A stretch of 63,945 nt of DNA, counting the filler, from Parachlamydiales bacterium (GTDB lineage Bacteria; Chlamydiota; Chlamydiia; Chlamydiales; Parachlamydiaceae), in the NCBI GenBank assembly GCA_020051075.1. It is 4 parts of 4 records of this genome, joined end to end, with 100 filler letters (N's around TTAATTAATTAA, not from the genome) between each part and the next. Parts side by side here need not be neighbours in the genome. Positions count along the whole stretch, not along the records: positions 21,990 to 52,270 come from JAGVJP010000017.1; 3 more parts are not named here. One strand, given 5' to 3'. A model generated the notes under the pieces. It had not been told where the DNA came from, did no database searches, and saw only the letters and a list, made by a program, of their open reading frames with translations. Each line of letters begins with the position of its first letter. Position 1 is the first letter of the stretch. The position numbers and the translations under genes are program-made. Of the stretch, positions 28,994 through 39,549 are shown one piece after another.

Positions 28994-30403
28994 GTGGAGG
29001 AGAAGAAATTTGATCTGATCGTCTTAGGGGGCGGACCAGGAGGCTACCCAGCAGCTATCCGAGCTGCCCAGCATGGCCGTTCCGTCGCTTTAGTTGAAGC
29101 CAAAGAGCTCGGGGGCACCTGTTTAAACCGAGGCTGCATCCCTTCCAAAGCGTTGATTGCTGGTGCAGATTTTGTCGACAGACTCGGAGCCGCCAAAGAA
29201 TTCGGAGTGGACATCGCCAACTTCACCTTCGATTACAACCGGTTAGCAATCCACAAAGACCGGGTCGTTGAAAAAATGAGAACCGGCCTGGAAGGGTTGA
29301 TCGCTGCAAATAAAATCACGGTCTATCGGGGATTTGGGAAATTCACCTCCCCCAATCAGATAAAAGTGCTGGGGGAACAGTCTGCCCTAATCACAGCGGA
29401 TCAGATCATCATTGCCACGGGATCCGAACCACGCAACATCGCTGCCTTTCCCTTTGACTATAAAAAAATCCACGACTCTACCTCCCTACTTGAGATGAAG
29501 ACTCTGCCAAAGAAGATCATCATCATTGGAGGGGGCGTCATCGGCTGTGAATTTGCCTCACTTTTCGCCCGTTTAGGTTCAAAAGTCACGATCCTTGAGC
29601 TGCTGCCACGAATCATCTCCACCGAAGCTCAAGAGATATCGCAGGCGCTTGAACAAGCTTTCCGCAAAACGGGAATTGCCGTTGAAACCAATGTAAAAGT
29701 GTTGAACGTCTCTTCAGCAGAAAAGGGAGTTTCTGTTGCTGTTGAAGGGGGGCGGACTTTTGAAGCAGACTGCTGCTTAGTGGCAGTGGGACGTGCGTTA
29801 AACACAGAGAAGATCGGATTAGAGAAAACCGGAGTCATAGTACAAGAAAACGGGATGATCAGCGTCGATGAGAGGATGGAAACAAACGTCAAAGGGATTT
29901 ATGCTGTCGGCGATATTGCCTCAAAGTGGTGGCTAGCCCATGTCGCCTCTCATCAAGGACTCGTCGCTGCAGATAACGCCTGCGGCAAAGACGCTCAGAT
30001 GTCATACAAAGCCATCCCATCGGTCATCTTCACCCACCCTGAAATTGGATCGGTTGGACTCTCTCTAGAACAGGCCAAGAGCAAAGGCTATCAAGTCAAA
30101 TTAGGCGCCTTTCCCTTTCAAGCGCTTGGAAAATCGCAGGCCACTCTCCAGGCAGAAGGGTTTGCTCAAGTTGTCGTGAACGAGCCGACAGGGGAAATTC
30201 TAGGGGCCCAAGCTGTGGGATTTGAAGCTGCAACGCTCATCGCAGAGATGGCTTTAGCTATCACTAATGAGTTGACGATAGAGTGCATCTCAGAAACCAT
30301 CCACGCACACCCTACCTTATCAGAGGCATGGCTTGAAGCGGCTTTCACTGTGGAAGGATTTTCTTTGAGCCTACCCCCTCGCAGATCGCAGCATAAAGGA
30401 TGA
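28994..30403 (+). CDS. lpdA: Dihydrolipoamide dehydrogenase
   Basis: GGGPGG, GGTCLNRGCIPSK redox disulfide, HAHPTLSE. Confidence 0.97.
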   Translation: MEEKKFDLIVLGGGPGGYPAAIRAAQHGRSVALVEAKELGGTCLNRGCIPSKALIAGADFVDRLGAAKEFGVDIANFTFDYNRLAIHKDRVVEKMRTGLEGLIAANKITVYRGFGKFTSPNQIKVLGEQSALITADQIIIATGSEPRNIAAFPFDYKKIHDSTSLLEMKTLPKKIIIIGGGVIGCEFASLFARLGSKVTILELLPRIISTEAQEISQALEQAFRKTGIAVETNVKVLNVSSAEKGVSVAVEGGRTFEADCCLVAVGRALNTEKIGLEKTGVIVQENGMISVDERMETNVKGIYAVGDIASKWWLAHVASHQGLVAADNACGKDAQMSYKAIPSVIFTHPEIGSVGLSLEQAKSKGYQVKLGAFPFQALGKSQATLQAEGFAQVVVNEPTGEILGAQAVGFEAATLIAEMALAITNELTIECISETIHAHPTLSEAWLEAAFTVEGFSLSLPPRRSQHKG

Positions 30404-31350
30404 ATGAGACTCGCATGAAACGATTACCCGTTCTTCCCAATCATGACGATAACATTGGCAACGATGAGCGGCCCGTTGCCTTAGGACGCTTCCCTTCCTG
30501 GCTGCACAGGCGCCTTCCAAAAGGCACTGGACTCAAGAAAACCGAAGGCATCGTAGCGGAACATCGCCTTCACACCGTTTGTGAAGAGGCTAACTGTCCA
30601 AACCAATTGGAATGTTGGGCGCGAAAAACCGCAACATTTCTCATTATGGGGAAGGAATGCACCCGCAACTGCGGATTTTGTTCGATTGATTTCTCAAAAA
30701 GTCCCCGGCCCTTAGATGAAGATGAGCCTCAGAGGGCTGCCGAATCGGTTAAAGCGTTGGGATTGCAGCATGTTGTCATCACAATGGTGGCGAGAGACGA
30801 TTTAGATGATGGTGGAAGCAGCCATCTTGTCAAAGTCATCGCTGAAATCAGACGGATTAACCCCGGCGTTAACGTCGAAGTTCTCACATCAGACTTCCAA
30901 GGCTCCCATGCTGCCTGGCAGACTGTCCTAGAGGCTCAACCAGAAATCTTCAACCATAACATTGAGACTGTGCGAGCGCTCACCCCTCGGGTTCGCCATA
31001 AAGCCACTTATGACCGCACATTAGAGCTTCTCTCCTATGTGAATTCTCATCGTCTGACCCCAAAAACAAAAATCAAATCAGGACTGATGGTCGGACTCGG
31101 CGAGACAGAAGAACAGGTCTATGAGACATTGCGGGACCTCAAGGACGCAGGCTGTGAAATCGTCACGATTGGTCAATACTTGCAATCAGATCACAAAAAG
31201 CTATTAGTAAAAGCTTTCATTCCCCCAGAACAATTTAAAACATATGAGCGCTATGGCTACGATTTAGGGTTTGCCTTTATGTACTGCGGCCCTTTTGTCC
31301 GTTCTAGCTATCACGCTGATGCCGTCTATGGAGAGAGTATTCATGACTAA
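30400..31350 (+). CDS. lipA: Lipoyl synthase
   Basis: CEEANCPNQLEC, CTRNCGFC, RSSY. Confidence 0.97.
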   Translation: MNETRMKRLPVLPNHDDNIGNDERPVALGRFPSWLHRRLPKGTGLKKTEGIVAEHRLHTVCEEANCPNQLECWARKTATFLIMGKECTRNCGFCSIDFSKSPRPLDEDEPQRAAESVKALGLQHVVITMVARDDLDDGGSSHLVKVIAEIRRINPGVNVEVLTSDFQGSHAAWQTVLEAQPEIFNHNIETVRALTPRVRHKATYDRTLELLSYVNSHRLTPKTKIKSGLMVGLGETEEQVYETLRDLKDAGCEIVTIGQYLQSDHKKLLVKAFIPPEQFKTYERYGYDLGFAFMYCGPFVRSSYHADAVYGESIHD

Positions 31351-32260
31351 AGAATCGTTACATCCCGAAGAATTTCCACTTATTGACTCGGTCGACCAAG
31401 AAATCCTTAAACATCGCGACGTTCATTTCGGCGGTTTATTTTCAATTATGCTCGATTACTACAGGAAAGAGGGAAGAGGCATTCAACCTGAATTTAATCT
31501 TTCCCGCATTGAAGAGTTGGCCGAAATAGAAGATAAAATGAAATTAAACTTGGCTGGACTATTCCTGCAAGGCAACGATGCGATTCAAGTTGCAGAAGCT
31601 CGACATGCTTACAAAGCCTTGAAAGATATTTATGAGATTAAACAATCCAAATCAATCTACCCTCAGCTCATCGCAGATTTAATCCTTACTGAAGATGAAG
31701 CAGCTGAAGCTGAAATCGAGGCGATCGTTAAAGAAAAAGCAGGCATCGTCCCCTCGCTCATCGAATTGCTTAAAAGTGAAAAATTTCACGACCCCCTCTT
31801 TCCAGGGTATGGGTTAACCCCCCAATTAGCTGTGATCTGCCTGGAAAAAATCGGGGATAAGCGGGCTATCATCTCCCTCTTCGAAACTCTTGGAGAAGGC
31901 GATTTCTTCTCTGATGAGCAGGTCATCAAAGCGTTGCATGCGATCGGAGAACATGCACGCGACTTCCTCTTGCGCGTTCTTGCAGCCCGGCCGCTCACCC
32001 AAGATAATGAAAAAGCCGCCATTGCACTCATTGCATTTAAGGACGATGAATCAGTGGCTGAATACTGTTTCGATCTGCTTCAGCAACCTGACATACAGGC
32101 AGACCCTTGTCTTCCAACCTATCTCGTGTTAGCCTCTGTCGGACTGAAAGATAACACTAAAAGGGAAGCCTTCAAAGCAATGGCGTCTGATCCTAAACAG
32201 CCTCGACTCTTACGCGAAGACATGAAAGTGCTGATGAAAAGCTGGGATATCGATGAGTAG
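31343..32260 (+). CDS. Conserved hypothetical alpha-helical (HEAT-like) protein
   Basis: Overlaps lipA and the next gene; HRDVHFGG motif; GGAG SD before ATG 31343. Confidence 0.7.
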   Translation: MTKESLHPEEFPLIDSVDQEILKHRDVHFGGLFSIMLDYYRKEGRGIQPEFNLSRIEELAEIEDKMKLNLAGLFLQGNDAIQVAEARHAYKALKDIYEIKQSKSIYPQLIADLILTEDEAAEAEIEAIVKEKAGIVPSLIELLKSEKFHDPLFPGYGLTPQLAVICLEKIGDKRAIISLFETLGEGDFFSDEQVIKALHAIGEHARDFLLRVLAARPLTQDNEKAAIALIAFKDDESVAEYCFDLLQQPDIQADPCLPTYLVLASVGLKDNTKREAFKAMASDPKQPRLLREDMKVLMKSWDIDE

Positions 32261-33260
32261 ATTGACATGCTCTTCTTTAGAAGTTCTTCCAACGCCTTTA
32301 TGGCGCACAGTGCTTCGAACAAATTTTCATCGTGTAGAAGCCCTGGCAGATTTTCTAGAGCTCAGCGATACCCAGCGCAAGAAACTTGATTATCGTCCTA
32401 GATTTGCTGTGCAGGTGCCTTGGCGCCTCGCTCAGAAGATGGAGAAACGGACCCTCAACGACCCCTTAGTAAAACAATTCATCCCTCTTATGGAAGAACG
32501 GGAATCCTATCCAGGATTTGTTCAAGATCCCGTTTGCGATCTCCAATTCAATCAGGAAGGGAAGCTGCTGCAAAAATATGAAGGGCGCGTGTTGCTAGCC
32601 TGTACAAGTGCCTGTGCCATGCATTGCAGGTATTGTTTTAGACAACACTACCCTTATGATCTCTCCAAGTCCTTTGAAAAGGAACTCTCTTGGATTAGTC
32701 AAGATGCATCAATCCACGAAGTGATCCTAAGCGGCGGCGACCCGTTGTCGCTTTCAGATGAAACACTTGCAGCTTTTTTGATCCCACTATCCAAATTGCC
32801 TCATATTCGACGCATCCGCTTTCATACCCGCTTTCCCATCGGGATTCCAGAACGGATTGACTCTTCGCTTCTCGATTTATTAGGGGAGCTCCCTCAGCAG
32901 ATTTATATCATCATCCACTGCAACCACATCAATGAATTAGATGAAGATATCTTCGACGCTTTACGCAAATTACAGCGTTTGGGCTGCATCGTCATGAATC
33001 AGGCTGTGCTCTTGAAAGGAGTCAATGACGACAGCGGCGTTCTGACAACGTTGTGTGAAGCGCTTGCTGACAGAGGCGTGATCCCCTATTACCTGCACCA
33101 ACTCGACAAAGTCAATGGCAGCGCACATTTCGACGTCCCGATTGAGGCAGGCCGCATCTTGATCGACGAAGTCTCCCATCGCCTACCCGGTTACGCCGTT
33201 CCAAAATATGTACACGAGCAGGCTGGAGAAAAAAGCAAGACATCGCTAGTACAATACTGA
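32253..33260 (+). CDS. epmB: KamA/EpmB-family radical SAM lysine 2,3-aminomutase
   Basis: CAMHCRYCFR, ILSGGDPL, RFHTR, NQAVLLKGVND, PYYLHQLD; short 335-aa form. Confidence 0.8.
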   Translation: MSRLTCSSLEVLPTPLWRTVLRTNFHRVEALADFLELSDTQRKKLDYRPRFAVQVPWRLAQKMEKRTLNDPLVKQFIPLMEERESYPGFVQDPVCDLQFNQEGKLLQKYEGRVLLACTSACAMHCRYCFRQHYPYDLSKSFEKELSWISQDASIHEVILSGGDPLSLSDETLAAFLIPLSKLPHIRRIRFHTRFPIGIPERIDSSLLDLLGELPQQIYIIIHCNHINELDEDIFDALRKLQRLGCIVMNQAVLLKGVNDDSGVLTTLCEALADRGVIPYYLHQLDKVNGSAHFDVPIEAGRILIDEVSHRLPGYAVPKYVHEQAGEKSKTSLVQY

Positions 33261-33263
33261 ATA

Positions 33264-33406
33264 ATAGAAACACAGAGGCACAGAGGACACGGAGAGCAGA
33301 CTAAAATCTTTCGTGCCAATAACGTCTCCCTTTTTTAACGCAAAAGTAGACATTATGGGCAAGTCTGATATGCGTCTCCGTGTTCTCTGTGCCTCTGTGT
33401 TTCTAT
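33264..33406. repeat. CACAGAG-family long inverted repeat
   Basis: About 30-bp arms TAGAAACACAGAGGCACAGAGGACACGGAGA / TCTCCGTGTTCTCTGTGCCTCTGTGTTTCTA. Confidence 0.85.
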
Positions 33407-33513
33407 CATCATGCGTCTGGTCTGAAATACCATCACTTTTGCCTGTCAAATAAAATCTTCAATATGATATAACAAAATCCAAAAGATCCATCAAACAATC
33501 TGGGAGATGTCCC

Positions 33514-34248
33514 GTGATCACCCAATTCATACTCTCATTAATCACTCCATTGGCTTTCCTCTTCTGGGGCAACGGTGCTTCCACTGCTGAAAAGAGCCCA
33601 TCAGACTATCGTGACAGTCAAATCATCCGTGAGTCAGATCCTAAAATCGATTCTCTCGTAGGCATCCCCATCAAAGAAAGCTGGTGGAGTCGTGGACATG
33701 AATATGCTTGGGCATCGCAGTTCGCAGGCGAAGATCTCACCGTATTAGATGCTGCCTGCGGCGTCACCCAACCCTTTAAATGGTACTTGGGAGAAACCTG
33801 CAAAGAAACTTGGGCGTGCGACATCCACTTCCATCTCGGATCTCGTTCCATTATTGTACAAAGAACATTAAACGAATTAGGGGAAACAGCACACCACATC
33901 ATTTCCAGTACCCCCCGGTTGATCGATCAAGTGAGACTCTTTCGCGCCTCAATCACACAATTACCGGACGACCTGCCTCTGTTCGACCGCATTTTCTGCC
34001 TCTCAGCGCTCTTTCATTTATCTCCAACAGATCAAGGCAAGGCTTTATCAGAATTTGTCCGTGTTCTTGCCCCTGATGGCTTGGTGGTGATCACGATCAA
34101 TCACCCGACAATCAGTCTTGAAGACTTAATCGCTACTGCAGAATCGGTGGGATTAACTCCCGCCGGCGAGGTAGACATAACTACCCCTTACGATGCATTG
34201 ACACATGGTGATTTTTCCATCTATCGCCTCGTCCTCAAACATCGATAA
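33514..34248 (+). CDS. SAM-dependent methyltransferase with N-terminal signal/anchor
   Basis: WSRGHEYAWA, VLDAACG, FDRIFCLS, RVLAPDG. Confidence 0.75.
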   Translation: MITQFILSLITPLAFLFWGNGASTAEKSPSDYRDSQIIRESDPKIDSLVGIPIKESWWSRGHEYAWASQFAGEDLTVLDAACGVTQPFKWYLGETCKETWACDIHFHLGSRSIIVQRTLNELGETAHHIISSTPRLIDQVRLFRASITQLPDDLPLFDRIFCLSALFHLSPTDQGKALSEFVRVLAPDGLVVITINHPTISLEDLIATAESVGLTPAGEVDITTPYDALTHGDFSIYRLVLKHR

Positions 34249-34256
34249 TAAAATGA

Positions 34257-36005
34257 TTACATCTTTTCGACGGTATGAAGTCCAAGGAGGTTCAACCCCT
34301 TCTTCATCACCCTGGCTGAGGCCTCGCAGAGGAGGAGCCGTTCATTTTGTTGCGGACTTCCTTCAACCCTGCAATCGCGAAAAAAGGCATTGAATTTCTC
34401 AGCGAGGGTATAAAGGTAATCTGTCAACCTATGAGGGAGGAGGTCGTTGGCAACAGCTTCTAAAGCTTCTTGAAAACGAAGGAGGTGCAGGCCAAGATCT
34501 ATTTCCGCTGGGTGTTCAAGCTTGATTTTTGACTCCCTCATCACTTGCAGAAGATCTTGATTCACTTTTCGTTTAATGCCTGCAATTCTAACGTAGGCGT
34601 ATAATAAAAACGCTGCTGTATTCCCCTCAAATTTCAACATCCGATCATAGCTGAACGTATAATCACTTACTCTGTGGTTCGATAAATCAGCATATTTGAT
34701 GGCGCCAATGCCGATGGCCTTTGCCAGGTAATGCCTCTCCTCTTCACCCATCTCAGGATTTCTTTCTTTCAGAATTTGATCTGCCCGATCAATGGCTGTT
34801 TGAATCAGATCGATTAATTTCTCCGTCTCACCTGAACGGGTGCGGAATTTCTTTCCGTCAGCACCGAGGACAAGGCCAAAAGCAACGTGGTCAACACGGA
34901 TTTTAGCAGGATCGAGGTATCCAGCCAATTCAGCAGCTTTGAAGATCATCTGAAAATGGGTGCTCTGTCCTGCATCGGTCACATAAATTAAACGGTCGGC
35001 TTTCTCTTGCGAGATCCGGTGATTGATTGCCGCCATATCAGTCGTGTCATAGTTGTAGGCTCCGTCAGATTTCTGAACCATCAGCGGCAACGGGGCGCCT
35101 TCCCGGTTTTGGAAGCCTTCAAGAAAAATGCATTTAGCCCCTTCTGATAGCTGGACTAACCCCTTCCTCTCTAAATCTGCTACAGTCTCAGCGAGAAAGG
35201 GATGATAGTAAGACTCCCCCCTTTCGATGAGCCGAACATCGAGAAGATCATAGATCTCTTGATACGCTTTGCGGGAGATGTCGCAAATTTTCTCCCAAGC
35301 TATCCGCGACTGCTGCTGGCCTTGCTGCAGAGCGACAACTTCAAGTTGTGCGACTTTTTTGAAGTCGGCGTCTTCATCAAATTTCTTTTTCGACTCCCGA
35401 TACCATTGAACTAAATGAGATAAATCGGTGTTTTGATTTTCTAGTATCACCTGCGGAACTTCTGCCTTCATATAAGCGATGAGCATGCCGAAGGCAGTCC
35501 CCCAGTCGCCAATATGGTTATGGCGTATGACATCATAGCCCAGAAACTCGAAAACGCGCGCTAAGCAATCGCCAATAATAGTCGAGCGAAGATGGCCGAC
35601 ATGCATCTCTTTGGCGACATTGGGTGAGGAGAAATCGACAATGATGCGGAGAGGTTCTTTGAGCTGCTCGACTCCTAAGTGGATATCTCTTAGAAGGATA
35701 TCGACAGACTCGCTGAGGAAGGTTTGATCTATCGTGATATTGATAAATCCCGGCCCTGCGATTTCGAGAGCTGAGATAAACCCTGTAGAATGATTTAATG
35801 CATGGACAATTTTTTCAGCAATTTGACGAGGGGGAAGCTTAAGAGGTTTGGAGAGCTTCATCGGGGTATTGCATTGATAATGGCCGAATTTATCCTGGGT
35901 ACTCTGCGTCAATTCAACAGCTGCCGATAGGTCATCCAGCTCTGGAAAGGCTGTCTTAATGGCTCTATGAAAACGATTTGATAGTTCTGAAATGATGCTT
36001 TTCAT
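34257..36005 (-). CDS. argS: Arginine--tRNA ligase
   Basis: DFSSPNVAKEMHVGHLRS, KKFRTRSG, DALR-type C-terminus. Confidence 0.97.
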   Translation of the reverse strand: MKSIISELSNRFHRAIKTAFPELDDLSAAVELTQSTQDKFGHYQCNTPMKLSKPLKLPPRQIAEKIVHALNHSTGFISALEIAGPGFINITIDQTFLSESVDILLRDIHLGVEQLKEPLRIIVDFSSPNVAKEMHVGHLRSTIIGDCLARVFEFLGYDVIRHNHIGDWGTAFGMLIAYMKAEVPQVILENQNTDLSHLVQWYRESKKKFDEDADFKKVAQLEVVALQQGQQQSRIAWEKICDISRKAYQEIYDLLDVRLIERGESYYHPFLAETVADLERKGLVQLSEGAKCIFLEGFQNREGAPLPLMVQKSDGAYNYDTTDMAAINHRISQEKADRLIYVTDAGQSTHFQMIFKAAELAGYLDPAKIRVDHVAFGLVLGADGKKFRTRSGETEKLIDLIQTAIDRADQILKERNPEMGEEERHYLAKAIGIGAIKYADLSNHRVSDYTFSYDRMLKFEGNTAAFLLYAYVRIAGIKRKVNQDLLQVMRESKIKLEHPAEIDLGLHLLRFQEALEAVANDLLPHRLTDYLYTLAEKFNAFFRDCRVEGSPQQNERLLLCEASARVMKKGLNLLGLHTVEKM

Positions 36006-36074
36006 GATGGAATCTCTTGTTAAGTGCAGTATATACTAACAACAAATCTTCCTCAACCATACAAGGACATCCTA

Positions 36075-36310
36075 CAAAAAAAACAGGATGGGCAGGATAA
36101 ACAAAAAAACAGGATAGGCAGGATCGCTTCGCGGCAGGATAGGCAGGATAGGGAAGATAGTGATGAAAAAATAGGATAGGTTTAAATATATTAATTTTTT
36201 ATTCTAAATTTGTTTTTCCCGTCCTATCTTTCTTTTCTTATCCTGTTTATCCTGCCGCGAAGCGATCCTGCCTATCCTGTTTTTTTGTTTATCCTGCTTA
36301 TCCTGTTCTT
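36075..36310. repeat. CAGGAT-family long inverted repeat
   Basis: Perfect 50-bp arms 36092-36141 / 36248-36297. Confidence 0.9.
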
Positions 36311-36313
36311 CTA

Positions 36314-37483
36314 TTACCGCCGCATATGTTCTTTTCCAACACTTTCAAGCAGGGCGTTGTAAGATTCATACCTTAGAGGAGATAACTCCTCATTTTCTAG
36401 CGCCTGTTGAACTGCACACTGCTCTTCATGTGTATGGGTGCAATCAGAAAATTTACACTGCCTTCCGCATTCCTGTATTTCAACGAAGTAGCCTTCAATT
36501 TCTTCACGGCTTAAATCCCACACACCAAAACTCTTGATCCCTGGGGTATCGATGCACCATCCGCCAAAATCTAAAGGGATAAGATTTGTCGTCGTCGTGG
36601 TATGAGCCCCTTTCTTGGTCTTTCCAACGACTTCGCCAACACGGATATCCAAACCCGTGATTGAGTTAATCAAAGAAGATTTTCCCACTCCAGATGGACC
36701 TGAAAACACAGAGGCTTTATCTCTCATGGCATTTTTCAGGTCTTCAATCCCCACGCCGGTCTTTGTGCTGACAGCGATGATGGGGACGTTGGCAGCTGGA
36801 TAGGCTTTCATCGCCTCTTCGAAGATAATTCTCTCCTGTTCAATCACAACAGGATCGGCTTTGCCGTCGCCATCTTCTAAAAGGTCAATTTTATTAATCA
36901 CAATCAATGGTTCCATCCCTCCTTTGTAGGAGGCGATGATATAGCGGTCGATAATGGGAAATTTGATCGGCGGGTTGACAACAGAGACGGTGATGATGAC
37001 TTGATCGATATTCACTGCAATCAGCTGCTCTTTGCGGCGGGAGAGGTTATCAGCACGGGATAAGATCGTGCGGCGAGGCTTCACCTGGCCGATGATCCCC
37101 TCATTCTTGTTGGTCATTTCAAACCGGACGAAGTCGCCGACGGCAACAAGATTTTTTGCGTGGGTTTTTTCCTTCTTTAGGAGCCCTTTCAGCACACAAC
37201 TGACAATTTCCCCTTGCCAGTCAACCAGGATGCCTTGCGGCACGATCGATAAAACACGCCCCTCTAACCAATCCTGCTTCCCTAATTTAGCGGCGAGGTC
37301 TTCTTTTAAACTACGTTGGTATTTTTTTTGGTCGGTTTTCTTATATTTTGAACGGTCTTTGTCTTTGGCTTGCCGCCTCTCGACTTTTCCTTCTTTTCGA
37401 TTTTCCGTGAGATACTCTTCTTCGATGGGACAGCCGATCCATCTTCTAGGAGTATTTTCGGATGGTTTATCATGCTTCTTCAT
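36314..37483 (-). CDS. rsgA: Ribosome small subunit-dependent GTPase
   Basis: AVGD, NKIDL, GPSGVGKSS, HTT, DTPG, CKFSDCTH...C zinc finger. Confidence 0.95.
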   Translation of the reverse strand: MKKHDKPSENTPRRWIGCPIEEEYLTENRKEGKVERRQAKDKDRSKYKKTDQKKYQRSLKEDLAAKLGKQDWLEGRVLSIVPQGILVDWQGEIVSCVLKGLLKKEKTHAKNLVAVGDFVRFEMTNKNEGIIGQVKPRRTILSRADNLSRRKEQLIAVNIDQVIITVSVVNPPIKFPIIDRYIIASYKGGMEPLIVINKIDLLEDGDGKADPVVIEQERIIFEEAMKAYPAANVPIIAVSTKTGVGIEDLKNAMRDKASVFSGPSGVGKSSLINSITGLDIRVGEVVGKTKKGAHTTTTTNLIPLDFGGWCIDTPGIKSFGVWDLSREEIEGYFVEIQECGRQCKFSDCTHTHEEQCAVQQALENEELSPLRYESYNALLESVGKEHMRR

Positions 37484-38238
37484 AAAAGATTTCCACCATG
37501 AGGTTTCAGTGAATAGAGGAGGATTCCTCCCGCTATCGCAACATTAAGCGATTCCATATTTCCCGCCATTGGAATCGTGATCGGAGAGGAGAATTTTTTG
37601 ACTTCTGTGCCGATCCCATGCGCCTCATTTCCCAGAATTAATAGCCTTTTTGGTTGATTAGGAATGTTGTCAAAAGGCTTGCCTGAGATGTCAGCAGCAA
37701 GGGCGTCGACTTGATGCTCCTTAGTCCATTGAGAGAGCTCTTCAACGGTTCCTTCAGACATCTTCAGTTTGAATTGAGCGCCCCTGGCAGCTCGTAAAGC
37801 TTTTTCATTGAAAGGATCGCAGCATCCTGGAAGGAAGAAAGCAGCCTCCCAACCCAGGGCAAGAGCAGTCCGCAAGAGTGTTCCTAAGTTGCCTGGATCA
37901 TTGATGCCGTCGAGAGCTAAGACATAATGTTCGTTGTTCAATGGCAAGAAAGGAGGCCTCTTCACTTCAGCGACAACGCCTTCAGGCTGCGTCATCCCAG
38001 AGATCTTCTGCAAAATTGGATCGGTGACTTCCCAATGCTCTCCTTGGAGATCTTTGACTAAAGAGGCGTAGGCATCAGTATAGAAGAGGTTGATGATATG
38101 GGAAGACACCTCCTGAATCGGCTTCAACCCTTCCATGACAAGCGTCTCGTGCTCCTCCCGATAGCTGCTTTCTTTTCGCAGGCGGACGAGATGTTTCACG
38201 ATAGGATTTTGCAAACTAGTAAGAGATCGGGTCATCAT
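37480..38238 (-). CDS. TrmH/SpoU-family RNA methyltransferase
   Basis: DPGNLGTLLRT, LGNEAHG, ESLNVAIA. Confidence 0.92.
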   Translation of the reverse strand: MMTRSLTSLQNPIVKHLVRLRKESSYREEHETLVMEGLKPIQEVSSHIINLFYTDAYASLVKDLQGEHWEVTDPILQKISGMTQPEGVVAEVKRPPFLPLNNEHYVLALDGINDPGNLGTLLRTALALGWEAAFFLPGCCDPFNEKALRAARGAQFKLKMSEGTVEELSQWTKEHQVDALAADISGKPFDNIPNQPKRLLILGNEAHGIGTEVKKFSSPITIPMAGNMESLNVAIAGGILLYSLKPHGGNLL

Positions 38239-39476
38239 TCATTCCACACAGGAAGGGTTTGCAAACGATCGAAGATCGCGTGAGGTTCATGGAGATCTTC
38301 TTGGATAGCAAGTCGTTCTCCTTCTCTGATCAGGCGGCCCATCTTGATGCCCGGATTGATTCCCTGATTCTTGAGAAAGGTAGCATTGATGAGAGGAGTG
38401 TTCTCTTTCAAACGCAAAATATGTGGGCGCAGCCGATCAGCACGTTCCTGGTGGATCTGGAGGAAGCGGATCCGATCCTCGTTTGACATCCGTGCGGCGA
38501 TGATCTGCAAACAGCATTCACAGTCGAGATGGGAGTATAATCGAGACCACTCATAGGGGTCGGCGACTGCTGCTGCTGCATCCCTGGCAACAGCATGTTC
38601 GAGTGTTCCCATAAACTCAATCCATTTATATTCCCTATTCGTCCCTTTGATCCGTTTGGCGATTTCAATTTTATTTTCTACCGTTTGACTCAGAAAAAGT
38701 TCCATCAGATAGGCGATTGTCGGGCTCTCACGAGGGAAGTGGACAAAAGATTTCACCCATTGACGAAGATCTTTGATGTGTACCGATTCAAGCTCTGGGA
38801 AGATGACGCTCAGCAGTCCCAGTTGGTGCATCTGCACGAGGGCATGGTCAAAGCCAGGGTATGAGGCCATTTTATTGAATTCTTGCCAGACACGCTCCAT
38901 CGCTACAGCAGGGAATAATTTCACTGCTGTCTGCCTGATAGCTTCCTGCGTTTCTCCATCGATGGAAAAGTTGAAGCGGGAGGAAAACCGGAAGGCCCGC
39001 AACATCCGCAGGCGGTCTTCAAAAAAACGTTCGTATGGATCTCCAATGGTTCGGATGATCCCTTGGCGAATATCGTCTTGTCCATGAACGAAGTCATGAA
39101 TCAGTTCTTCAATGGGATCATAGAACATGCCGTTGATGGTGAAATCACGCCTTAAGGCATCTTCACGCGGAGTAGACATCTCAATCCCTTCAGGGTGCCT
39201 TCCGTCGGCATAGTGGAGATCCTTGCGGAAGGTTGCCACTTCAAATTGATGTCCATCAGAGACGACGATGACAACCCCAAAAGCTAAGCCGACGAGGACG
39301 GTGTGAGGAAAGAGATCCATGATCTGTGCAGGGGTCGCATCGGTGGCGATGTCGATGTCTTCGGAGGGGTGGTCCATCACATAGTCCCGCACCCATCCGC
39401 CAGCAAAGTAGGCAATGAACCCTGCTCGATGGAGTTTTAATACAATGAGTTTGGCGATATGATAGGCGTCAGTCAT
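38235..39476 (-). CDS. cca: CCA-adding tRNA nucleotidyltransferase family
   Basis: GGWVRD, DIDIAT, RRDFTING, EDRLRMLRAFRF. Confidence 0.85.
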   Translation of the reverse strand: MTDAYHIAKLIVLKLHRAGFIAYFAGGWVRDYVMDHPSEDIDIATDATPAQIMDLFPHTVLVGLAFGVVIVVSDGHQFEVATFRKDLHYADGRHPEGIEMSTPREDALRRDFTINGMFYDPIEELIHDFVHGQDDIRQGIIRTIGDPYERFFEDRLRMLRAFRFSSRFNFSIDGETQEAIRQTAVKLFPAVAMERVWQEFNKMASYPGFDHALVQMHQLGLLSVIFPELESVHIKDLRQWVKSFVHFPRESPTIAYLMELFLSQTVENKIEIAKRIKGTNREYKWIEFMGTLEHAVARDAAAAVADPYEWSRLYSHLDCECCLQIIAARMSNEDRIRFLQIHQERADRLRPHILRLKENTPLINATFLKNQGINPGIKMGRLIREGERLAIQEDLHEPHAIFDRLQTLPVWNE

Positions 39477-39549
39477 AAAATAAGGATATAATGATTTACC
39501 TCACCATTATACAGAACTTAAGATAATAAAAACAGAGAGACCTGCATCA